64,000 nt of DNA. It comes from Scyliorhinus canicula. Lineage: Eukaryota. Both the position numbers and the translations under genes were made by a program. Shown piece after piece: positions 48,001 to 59,200 of this stretch. The stretch covers positions 186,001 to 250,000 of the forward strand of contig NW_024055479.1 of assembly GCF_902713615.1 (NCBI RefSeq), in the 5' to 3' direction. Each line of letters begins with the position of its first letter. The stretch's first letter is position 1. A model generated the notes under the pieces. The model ran no database searches, was not told the DNA's origin, and saw only the letters and a list, made by a program, of their open reading frames with translations.

Positions 48001-49244
48001 AGGAGGTGAGTTGCTCGCCGCAGGCTTCCGAGACGCTGACCGTATCTTGTATCCTCAGCATTTATATGGTCAGTCCAGTACAGTTTCTGGTCAATGGTAA
48101 CCCCATGATATTGATAATTGGGGATTCCGCAATCGCAATATCAGTGAATGTCAAGGAGCGATGGTTAGATTCTATTTTGCTGGAGATGGTCATTGTTTCG
48201 CAATTCCGTGGCTAATATTACCAATTGTCACATTTCACAAAGTTAAATAATGATATTAATCAATTATCATCAACTCACAACATAAAAAGTTATGTTCACC
48301 AATTATGATCCGCACTTTCTTTCACAAAATGTAAATGCAATTCATTTAAGGGAGATGGATTTGAGACTAGGAAGAGATCAGCCATGATGATTGAATGGCG
48401 GAGCAGGCTCGAAGGGCTGAATTTCCGACTTCTGGTCCTCATTTCTTTATTGGTATGTTTAACATCATGTATTGAGATTAAACGTAATCGAGATAGCATT
48501 GACCATTCTGTCACCAGGAAGTCACATCTTCATCGGAATTCAATGTGAAATGGAATCAAACCACACCGAGGATAATGTGCAGCTTCCCAGCAGCCTCTGC
48601 GCTGTATTGGTCAGTAATCGCCTCATCGTCACACAGAATCTGCAGACTGGAGTGTGAGATGATTTTTAAAGTGATGGTAGAAACGAAAATACCTGTACCT
48701 AATGTGACGTTAATGAATCTCTAAATATGGATTTGTTATGGAAAAGTAATTCAACGTCTGCAGCTGTCCACCGGGTTTCACAGGATTTCGGTTCCAAGTC
48801 TGGTGTCTTATTGATTTGGGCGAGGACATATTGAGTGACCTATTGTACACGAAATGACCACATGTTGCAAAAATTACAGCCGTCCCTCCTCAATGTAATC
48901 ATGTTCCCGCTTTCCGTTAAGATGAAGATACGCCATCAGCGGAGAAGAATCGCCAGAACCGCAGGAATATCTCCAGTTTCCTCTTAGTGACGTCCATCTC
49001 ATCAGTTCCCGATAGTCTGGGGATGCAATTCACTCAGAAAAGCTTGAGCCACCGAATGTATTAGACTGACACAAATTATAATGGACCTGCTTTAATTTAT
49101 CAAGTGCAAAATTGAGAATGTGGAACAACATCTTTCAGACCATCTATCCATCCATCCATCAACCCCATTCACTGATTCCGCAATCAAATTGTTCAGGCAT
49201 CCAACCAACATCCATCCCTCCACAAAAACAGTCACCCCTTTATC

Positions 49245-49585
49245 TTTTGGCAGATGGTGGTGCAATATTAATGTTATTGTACCAGTAATCCAAAGGCCCA
49301 GGCTAATTCTGTAGGGACTCGGGTACAAATCCCACCATGGCCGGTGATGGAATTTGAATTCAATTAATAAATATGGAATACATACTAATGGTGGCCATGA
49401 AATCCCCTCTGCTTTACCAATGAAGGAAATCTGGCAACCTTCCCTGGTCTCACCAACATGTGGCTCCAGTCAGAGAGCAACATGTCTGAATCTTCAGTTC
49501 CTTCTGAGCTGGCCCACTCAGTTTAACAGCAATTAGGGACAGGGAACACATGGTGGTCTTGCCAGTGAGTCCCACATTCCACGGA
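49245..49585 (+). mobile_element. tRNA-derived SINE of another shark family, diverged
   Basis: CCAGTAATCCAAAGGCCCAGG...GGGTACAAATCCCACCATGGC head; GCAATTAGGGA...CCCACATTCC...GAATAAA tail; partial copy at about 30730-30830 (-). Confidence 0.5.
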
Positions 49586-51367
49586 AGAATAAAGGGAAAA
49601 ACACATAAATGTACATGTTTATCTATTACAAAATGTATCCCCTGTCTGACAGTCTGATTGTATTTCTATCCACATCACAATGTTATGATGTGTGGGAGAG
49701 ATTCCTCCAGCCGGCTAGTGTTGATAAGAGGGGCTAGAAAAGCTGGATAACTCTCCTTTCCTTAGAGATGGGAACAGTTCAAATAAGTTCACGATTTTAA
49801 ACATAAAAAGTACTGTTGCTGGGTAGATTTGTTTATAAATAGTCCTCATTGACAATGTTAAGAGTTTGAAGTTGGCTTGCAGCCAATCAGTCAGTACTGA
49901 GCAAACAGATCTCTGAAAAACAAATCCAGATGCTTCCTGTAAACAACATTGAACATTCGAGCCTCCCTGACTGCAGGCGGCTGGATTGCTGCCAAATATT
50001 GTGTGGGGCAGATTAACCTGAATATGAATGGATTAAATGGGATTTCTCCATTCAAACAATAAATGTTTAGTCGCACATGAAGTAAACGTTTTCAAATGGT
50101 GATCCATGCAAAGAAATATATTCACTGAATGTTTTGTTCACTATGAGATTAAACACAATCGGAAAATAGTAACCTGACCCGATGCTGTTTAATTTATATT
50201 AGTTCTGAGTAAAGGTCACTCTAGCTATTAAAGTCCGTTTGTTAAGAGCCTAATGAAGTGAGAGTGAGTGGTGTTGATGGACACAATCCACAAGGTCAAT
50301 AAGATGAGTGAAATTGCAAAAAATAAAATAAAACGAATTAAAAGTAAATAAACTGCATTGAACTCGCGGGGAATCCTGGAATATTCTCCGAGTTGTTGAT
50401 CTGCTTTAAACGGAGTCGTCTCTTATACTCGATTAACACCGTGTTCTGTACAGTTTAGTTTGTCTGGATTTCAATTATTTAACAGTCTCTCTCATTGCTG
50501 CCAATGAGTGGAGAAATGACCAGTTCATGACCAGCTTCAGTGGAAGATAACACATTTATTCCTGTGATATTGTGTAATATGCCGCAAAGTCCTGATATCC
50601 TGTGTTCCCAACACCAGTGAATGTTAGACAGCCGGTGGTCAGTAAAATTAGCGGCAATGATTTGGACGCTGAAGGATAACTTTGCTGATCGCCGTGTCCG
50701 TTCTGATTCATTAACTTCTCTGTCAAAAGCTGGTGTGAATTTTATGTTTCTCTGTCAACTCACTGTTGCATTATCAGGCAAGCGGATTCTTTTACCGCTA
50801 ATGTTCACAGGACTGTCTGAGGCTCAGGGGCAATTCGAGAAATGTAAAGAGAGACATTGTGTAATGTTAGAGTTTCTTCTTGTCGACAGACCCACATTGT
50901 ACAGTGATGGCCATCCGCACTGCAAATGTAATCACGTCATTCATTCCCTCATTTAGTTACATTTCGTCTGATAAATTTACTTTATTGTTGTAATGGGATA
51001 GAGACCGAGAATGTTGCAAATCAGACAGACAGACGATTTATTCCCTGATAATGTAATTTAATCTGTTTATGTGCATCCCTTTATATTGGAGTGTAGAAAT
51101 AAAGAGACTTAATATATAATTGAATTAGATTTTACTTAGAGATTTTCAAATATAATTTTCGATTGAGATGAGGATAGACATTACAATGAATTCATTCAGC
51201 CAAACAAATATACCGATATCGATCTAATATCGTTTTTAAAATAATAACCTATAGTAAATCTCTGGGTCCATTCTGTTGGGGGTGTGGAAGGTGGGACGTG
51301 GATCCAGTCGCCGCCTCCACCAGGGAATCAACAGGCGGCGCCTGGAAAGCCGCCCCCTTCTGCCGGG

Positions 51368-51376
51368 TATTTAAAT
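51368..51376 (+). promoter_or_regulatory. TATA-like box of the VH promoter
   Basis: TATTTAAAT about 80 nt upstream of the leader ATG, preceded by a GC-rich segment. Confidence 0.55.
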
Positions 51377-51454
51377 GCCGCTCACTGGGACCCGAATCCA
51401 ACAGTCCGGGAGCTGGTTTGTTCACTGAGTTCCTGACACAACCATTTCCCCCAA

Positions 51455-51512
51455 ATGACCAGAAGGATGAGGTGGGCCATTTCTCTCAGTTTGTTGCTGA
51501 CTTTCTTATCCC
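51455..51512 (+). CDS. IGHV: IgH V leader exon (MTRRMRWAISLSLLLTFLS; ATG at 51455 or in-frame 51467)
   Basis: Hydrophobic signal peptide, phase-1 donor C|GTGAGT at 51513, 128-nt intron ending TTTTTACAG at 51640. Confidence 0.9.
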
Positions 51513-51640
51513 GTGAGTAGTTTTTATTGTCCAAGTCTCTCACTGTTACTGTCTCAGTGTTAGTCTCTCTCTGGAATGTTCCAGAGTCACCAATCATTTC
51601 ACCAGCATTAATCCTCGGGCTTTTTGATATATTTTTACAG

Positions 51641-51943
51641 GTGTCCAGTCGCAGGTTGTGTTGACTCAGCCAGAGGCAGAGACCGGGCGTCCCGGAGGCT
51701 CCCTGACACTGATCTGTAAAACCAGCGGGTTCAGCCTTGGCAGCTACTGGATGAGCTGGGTCCGCCAGGTACCCGGACAGGGGCTGGAGTGGCTCGTTAG
51801 CTACCGTACTTCATCCTACAACGGCTACGCCCCAGCCATTAAAGATCGATTTACTGCGTCCAAAGACACTTCGAACAACATCTTTTCTTTGGCCATGAGG
51901 AGTCTGAAGACTGAAGACACCGCCATCTATTACTGTGCAAGAG
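51641..51943 (+). CDS. IGHV: IgM-type heavy-chain variable segment exon, open and intact
   Basis: (R)[100 protein letters not shown]; conserved Cys (51715), WVRQ, YYC (TGT 51934); typical shark VH-mu framework. Confidence 0.95.
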
Positions 51944-51957
51944 GTACAGCAGTGGAT
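51943..51957 (+). CDS. D1-like segment fused directly to V (GGTACAGCAGTGGAT, reads GTAVD)
   Basis: 15 nt between YYCAR and the first heptamer; resembles shark D1 sequences as recalled; followed by a 22-bp-spacer RSS. Confidence 0.75.
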
Positions 51958-51995
51958 CACAGTGCTGTGCACAGCGACATCCTCATACAAAAACG
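51958..51995 (+). other. RSS, 22-bp spacer (23-class)
   Basis: CACAGTG (51958-51964), 22 nt, ACAAAAACG (51987-51995). Confidence 0.92.
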
Positions 51996-52305
51996 CCAGA
52001 GAAAGAGCTTGTTCAAATTGGTGATCAGCGTCACAGAAGGATTGTCAAAGTAAATGTGGCTCGGATAAAACAAAGGTTGGAAGTAATATTAGTTGTAAAA
52101 GGGTAAAAAATCTTCCACTTTACCTCTGTAAACCGACATACTAAATCTGCACAGAGAGTTTAAAAGTGTTGCGACCCTCTTTATAAATGGAATGACCAGG
52201 ACAAGCTGAAATAACTCACCCATTCGCTCTTGGAAGAGACAGAGTTAGTTTTTTGATGGAATAGTGAAATTAAATCTCTGTATTTTACATTTAACAGTCT
52301 GCCGC

Positions 52306-52373
52306 AGTATTTGACACGTTGTGTCTCACTGTGATAGCTGGGTAGCACAGCAGTTACTGTCAATACAAAAACC
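52306..52373 (+). other. D2 segment ATAGCTGGGTAG (52334-52345) flanked by two 12-RSS
   Basis: 5': AGTATTTGA-12 nt-CACTGTG (52306-52333); 3': CACAGCA-12 nt-ACAAAAACC (52346-52373). Confidence 0.9.
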
Positions 52374-52673
52374 CTTCAGCACTAATTAACTGATCCAACT
52401 TTATTCACAGTGAATAATTAATTATGTCCATCACTGCCCAAATAACGAGAAATAATATGGAAACTCTGTGATAATTATCCACTCATTAGTTAGTCATTTC
52501 AATTACATGTTCATGTGTTACTCTGAAATATAAAACAATAGGGTCATTTCTGAACAGCAAGCGATATCCACAAATACATTTCTAATTTCATGAATATCAT
52601 TACAAGTTTACTTTGCCGCTGGTTTGTGAATATTTAAAATAATGGCGGATTTATGTCTATTTTGTGCAGGTTC

Positions 52674-52712
52674 GGTTATTGTATGGAGCTGCCCAGGGAA
52701 TGTGACACTGTG
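52674..52712 (+). other. 23-RSS of JH
   Basis: GGTTATTGT (52674-52682), 23 nt, CACTGTG (52706-52712). Confidence 0.92.
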
Positions 52713-52760
52713 ACGCCATGGGCTACTGGGGACAAGGCACCATGGTGACGGCGAATGCAG
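52713..52760 (+). CDS. IGHJ: JH segment (AMGYWGQGTMVTANA)
   Basis: WGQG motif; splice donor GTAAG at 52761. Confidence 0.93.
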
Positions 52761-52859
52761 GTAAGAACTGTTCCATTATTTATGAACTGCTTTACTTTTG
52801 TCTTTGTTTTACTTATTTTTTTCTATTTTAAGTATGCATTCGTTCACTGAATTGTGGGT

Positions 52860-54290
52860 TTGCTGTATTGAGATTTTGTTGCAATGTTTCATGTGATTCT
52901 GCTGAAATAGGAATTACTCTGCCTCTTGATAAAATATGCTGCTGAGGGATTCAGTCCCTGGTTGTTATGATTTGATGTTTATTTGCTGAGGACTGTGTGG
53001 CTGGATACTTTAAATACCTGACGCCTGTTAAACAGTTTGGTATTTCGTAATGTTTAATCTCGGCGACATCTGAGCAGGTTTTACCATCTGCTACACAAGT
53101 GTTAGAAATCTAACCCAATATTAACAAAAGTGCTGATGTATCTGTGTCAATTTATTGAACACTTCCCGCTTATTGACAATGCTGATGATATTCTTCCATA
53201 TTTCTGTGTGTTTTAATTGTTCATTCACTTGCTGAAAGGCGGATTTGGTGGGTTCTAGATTGAGATTTTCTTGAAACGCTGTTTGATTCTGTTGAAAGTG
53301 TTTGTAGATTTTAGATGGTTCTCCGTGAGACAAATTTCAGCCCCTCGCTGATGAAATTTGGTGTATTTCTGCTGAAGATATTGAGTCTGGGTGATTTTGA
53401 ATATGTGAAGTTTGTGAAACGGTTCTGGCATTTCTATGTTCTTTAAACTCGTTGATATTGAGCGGTTCCATGTTTTGTAATTGAATGAAAACAACACACG
53501 TGTTTGAAACGGCTGCATGATTGTAGGCAGAAAACAGTCAGGGTTTTAGAGTGTTTTTAAAAGTGATGATTGCAGATTAAACCACAGTTTAAAATGCTCT
53601 TTCCGAACATAATTTGTTACTGCAATCACAGCCTGGTTTTTCTGCAACGTTCCATCTTGGTGGGATTGATGGATGCAGCTTTATCTCTCCTGGCAATTGT
53701 TTAAATGCGTTTGAAATATGGTCCAACATGAATAACATGTGGTAAAGTTTCAAAAATATTTTGGACATACTCCACATCCTCACAATGATATTGCTGTTAT
53801 TCTGTATTTCTATTTAGATTGATAATTCGTACATTTGTTGGCGAACTGGTTTGCTGGATTCGATATTCAGATGTTTTTGAAATGTTACGTTTGATTCTGT
53901 TGAATGTAGAATTTAGCTGTTTCTCAATGAAACGGGTTGAGTCCTTACGATGAGTTTTGACGTGTTCCTGCTGAGGAGATAGTTTGTCTGAGTGACTTTG
54001 AATAAGTACGATTTGTGAAGCGGTTTCCTGTTTCTCCCTTGTTTCTGCATTGTTCAAACTGGGTGATATTGAGCAGTTACACGTTTTCTGGTTACATGTA
54101 AAAAGGTTTGCGCGTTTGAATCTCCTTGAAACACAATTGTAGGGAGTAAACGCAGCAGGTTTCAAAAATAAGGAAAGGAATTAAAGAATTGGTAGACTTT
54201 TAAAATTTTATCTAATGCTTACTGATTAAACTAAACCACGGCGTCATTAAGAACGCAATTTGTTACTGCAGTCTGAAACTATTTAATTAA
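52860..54290 (+). repeat. Degenerate triplicated unit at the start of the J-C intron
   Basis: TGATTCTG(C/T)TGAA near 52893, 53284 and 53892; TGCTGA(G/A)GA near 52984, 53370 and 53969; copies 2 and 3 share about 600 bp including AATTTGTTACTGCA. Confidence 0.6.
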
Positions 54291-54374
54291 AACATTTTCA
54301 AATTAGTGAGCAAACTTAATATAACTTAAACAATTATAATGCAGTGTTATAACCATATTATCCAAATATGTTTT

Positions 54375-55410
54375 CATGTACATACACTCTCTCATGCATA
54401 TGCTCTCTCTCACACACTCTCTCTAACACGCATGGTCTCTCGCATGCACGCTCTCTCACGCTCTCACACACACGCTCTCCCACACAGACACACACACACG
54501 GCCTCTCGCACACACATGCGCTCTTGTAATCCTGCTCTGTCACACCTGTAACGTCTCTTGCACACATGCTCTCTCACACACATGCTCTCACACACATGCT
54601 CTCTCACACACAAGCTCTCTCACACACTTGCTCTCTCACATACATGCTCTCTCATACACTCACTCTCTCACACTCATGCTCTCACCAACACACGCTCTCT
54701 CACACACAAACTCTCTCACACACGAACTCTCATTCTTGATTGCACACATGCTCTAACACACATGCTCTCGTACTCATGTTTTCTCGCACACATGCTCTAT
54801 CATACTCATGCTCTCTCGCACACATGCTCTCTCACAAACATGTTCTTTTGCACACATGCTCTCCCATGCACACGTTCTCTCACACTTGCACTCTCACACA
54901 TATGCTCCCTTGCACACATGCTCTCACACATATGTTGTGTCGCACACACTCTCACACACATGTTCTCTCGCACACATGCTCTCTCACATACATGCTGTCT
55001 TACTCACATGCTTTGGTGCATCCATGCTCTCTCACACACATGGTCTCTTGTGAAGGCACTCTTTCACACACATGCTCTCTCACACACAATTTTGCTCATA
55101 CTCTCTATCTCTCTCCTGTGCACACTATTTTGCTCCCTCACACACGCATCCTTTCTCTCGCACAGATACACACAATCGCGCTCTCACACACAGATATTCT
55201 CTCCCAGACAGATACTCTCTCTCACACACACACTCACACGTATACTCTTTCTCCCACTCTCTTGACCCATGTCTCGCAGAAACACACACACACATTAACA
55301 CGCATACATGCAGTCACATACATAGACACAGACCCACGCTCTCAGACACATACCCACACTCTCCCTCACATACACTCAAAAACACACGCACTTTCAGATA
55401 CACAGGTGAG
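54375..55410. repeat. CA/CT-rich low-complexity minisatellite (CACACATGCTCTCT-like)
   Basis: Repeated CACACATGCTCTCT units and (CA)n/(CT)n runs. Confidence 0.85.
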
Positions 55411-55429
55411 AGCGACTGAATTTGACATC

Positions 55430-55740
55430 AATAATAACAATATTAATCTTTATTGTCACAAGTAGGCTTACATTAGCACTGAAATGAAGTTACTGTGAAA
55501 ATCCTCCAGTCGCCACACTCTGGTTCGGCTACACAGAGGGAGAGTTCAGAATATCCAAACCCCCTAACAGGTCGTTTTTCGGGACTTGTGAGAGGAAACC
55601 GGAACGCCCGGAAAAAACATAAGCAGACTCCGGGGAGAACGTGCAGACTGCACACAGGCAATGAGCCAAGCTGGGAATCGAACCCGGGTCCCTGGTGCTG
55701 TGAAGCAACAGGGTTAACCACTGTGCTGTCGTGCCGCCAA
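55430..55740 (-). mobile_element. V-SINE variant
   Basis: Reverse complement of head GGCGGCACGACAGCACAGTGG, V core and GACAATAAAGATT tail. Confidence 0.75.
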
Positions 55741-56219
55741 ATCAAGGCAGCATTTCAACGTGTGACCTCAAGCAGTCCAACCAAAGAATGGAACCATGGG
55801 AACCAGGGGAACAATCTCCAAGGTAGATGGATTCCATTGCTGGAGATCAATTATCTCAGTTCCAGGACATCACTGCAAGACTTCTTCAGGGCAATATCCT
55901 AGGTCCAACCATCTTCAGCTTATTCATCAATGACCTTCTTTCCATCATGAGGTCTGAACTGGGGTTGTTGCACCATGCTCAGCACAGTTTGCAACTGTGC
56001 AGTCTCTAAATAAATCTATGTGTAAATAAAGCAACATGGCGGCCATATCAGGTTCTGGCTAACAGGTGGTAAGTAACAGTCAAGTCACCCAATTGACGGC
56101 AATGCCCACCTCCAGTAAGAACGGATCTAACCACCGCCCCTCAATGGCATTACCATCATTGAATCCCCACTAACAACCTCCTGGGGATTAACAATGACCA
56201 GAAAGTGATCTGGATCCGC

Positions 56220-59200
56220 ATTCCCTCTGTTCCCTCAGTCATCCACACTCACTCTCCTACCCTCACTCAGTTACTCACTCCCCCGCACTCACTCTCCTAC
56301 CCTCACTCAGTACCTCAGTCATCCACACTCACTCTCCTACCCTCAGTCAGTTACTCACTCCCCCGCACTCACCCTCCTCACTCACTCAGTACCTCAGTCA
56401 TCCACACTCACTCTCCTACCCTCAGTCAGTTACTCACTCACCTGCACTCACTCTCCTACCCTCACTCAGTTACTCACTCATCCACAATCACACTCCTATC
56501 TTTACTCAGTTGCTCACTCACCCACACTCACTCTCCTACCCTCACTCAGTTAATCACTCACCTGCACTCACTTGCCTACCCTCACTCAGTTACTCACTCA
56601 CCCACGCTCACTCTCCGAACCTTACACAGGTACTCACTCACACGCGCTCACTCTCCTTCACTCACTCAGCTACTCACCCACACTAACTGTCCTACCCTCA
56701 CTCAGTTACTCACTCACCCACACCCACTCTCCTACCCTCACTCAGTTACTCACTCACCCGCACTCACTCTCCAACCCTCACTCAGGTACTCACTCACACA
56801 CACTCACTCTCCTACCCTCACTCAGTTACTCACTCACCCGCACCCACTCTCCTACCCTCACTCAGTTACTCACTCACTGCACCCGCTCTCCGACCCTCAC
56901 TCAGCTACACACTCACCCGCACTCACTCTCCTACCCTCACTCAGTTACTCACCCGCACTCTCTCTACTACTCTCTCTCAGTCAATCACTCACCTGCACTC
57001 ACTCTCCTACCCTCACTCAGTTACTCACTCACCCACACTCACTCTCCTACCCACACTCAGTTACTCACTCACCCTCCTATCCTCACTCAGGAACTCACTC
57101 ATCCACACATACACTCCTCCACTCACTCAGTTACTTACTCATCCACAATCACTCGTCTACCCTCACTCAATTACTCACTCACGCACACTCACACTCGTGC
57201 CCTCACTCAGTTACTCACTCACCCGCACTCAGTCTCCTACACTCACTCAGTTACTCACTCACCCACACTCACACCCCTACCCTCACTCAGGTACTCACTC
57301 ACCTGCACTCACTCTCCTTCCCTCACTTTCTCACACGCACTCACTCTCCTTCCCACACTCAGTGACTCACTCACCCACACCCACTTTACTGCACTCACTT
57401 AGTTACTCACTCACTCGCACTCACCCTCCTACCCTCACTCAGTTACTCACTTGCACAAACTCACTCTCCTACCTTCACTCACTTACTCACTCATCCACAC
57501 TCACACTCCTCCCTTCACTCAGTTGTTCACTCACCAGCACTCACTCTCCTACCCTCACTCACTCATGTGCATCCACTCTGCTACCCTCACTCAGTTACTC
57601 ATTCACCCACACTCAATGTCCAGACCCTCACTTAGTTGCTCCCTCACCAGCACTCACTCTCCTACCCTCAGTCAGTTACTCACTCACCCGCACTCACTTT
57701 CCTACCGTCACTCAGTTACCCACTCACCCACACTCAATCTCCTACCCTCACTCAGTTACTCACCCACACTCACTCTCCTTCACTCACTCAGTTATTCCAT
57801 CACCCGCTCTCACTCTCCCACCCTCACTCAATTACCCACTCACCCGCATTCCCTCTGTTACACTCACTCAGTTAGTCACTCACCCGCACTCACTCTCCTA
57901 CCCTCACTCAGTTACCCACTCACCCGCATTCACTCTCTCACCCTCACTCAGTTAGTCACTCACCCGCACCCACTCTCCTACCCTCACTTAGTTACTCACT
58001 CACTGCACCCGCTCTCCGACCCTCACTCAGCTACACACTCACCCGCACTCACTCTCCTACCCTCACTCAGTTACTCACCCGCACTCTCTCTACTACCCTC
58101 CCTCAGTCAATCACTCACCTACCGTCTCTCAGTCAATCACTCACCCACACTCACTCTCCTACCCTCACTCAGTTACTCACTCACCCTCCTATCCTCACTC
58201 AGGAACTCACTCATCCACACATACACTCCTCCACTCACTCAGTTACTTACTCATCCACAATCACTCGTCTACCCTCACTCAATTACTCACTCACGCACAC
58301 TCACACTCGTGCCCTCACTCAGTTACTCACTCACCCGCACTCAGTCTCCTACACTCACTCAGTTACTCACTCACCCACACTCACACCCCTACCCTCACTC
58401 AGGTACTCACTCACCTGCACTCACTCTCCTTCCCTCACTTTCTCACACGCACTCACTCTCCTTCCCACACTCAGTGACTCACTCACCCACACCCACTTTA
58501 CTGCACTCACTTAGTTACTCACTCACTCGCACTCACCCTCCTACCCTCACTCAGTTACTCACTTGCACAAACTCACTCTCCTACCTTCACTCACTTACTC
58601 ACTCATCCACACTCACACTGCTCCCTTCACTCAGTTGTTCACTCACCAGCACTCACTCTCCTACCCTCACTCACTCATGTGCATCCACTCTGCTACCCTC
58701 ACTCAGTTACTCATTCACCCACACTCAATGTCCAGACCCTCACTTAGTTGCTCCCTCACCAGCACTCACTCTCCTACCCTCAGTCAGTTACTCACTCACC
58801 CGCACTCACTCTCCTACCCTCACTCAGTTACCCACTCACCCACACTCAATCTCCTACCCTCACTCAGTTACTCACCCACACTCACTCTCCTTCACTCACT
58901 CAGTTATTCCATCACCCGCTCTCACTCTCCCACCCTCACTCAATTACCCACTCACCCGCATTCCCTCTGTTACCCTCACTCAGTTAGTCACTCACCCGCA
59001 CTCACTCTCCTACCCTCACTCAGTTACCCACTCACCGGCATTCACTCTCTCACCCTCACTCAGTTAGTCACTCACCCCGCACCCACTCTCCTACCCTCAC
59101 TTAGTTACTCACTCACTGCACCCGCTCTCCGACCCTCACTCAGCTACACACTCACCCGCACTCACTCTCCTACCCTCACTCAGTTACTCACCCGCACTCT

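Noticed and set aside
51014-51021. Octamer-like TTGCAAAT
   Set aside because: One mismatch and about 440 bp from the ATG in AT-rich DNA; expected by chance.
51958-52053. C-terminal extension of the ORF-track protein 51658-52053 ([12 protein letters not shown]...)
   Set aside because: Read-through into the RSS and intersegment DNA; not part of a rearranged heavy chain.
51996-52305. A separate unjoined D1 between V and D2
   Set aside because: No heptamer-spacer-nonamer pair found by eye; CACAGAG near 52150 lacks a properly spaced nonamer.
54339-55465. His/Thr-rich ORFs of 235-241 aa
   Set aside because: Translation of CA/CT low-complexity sequence.
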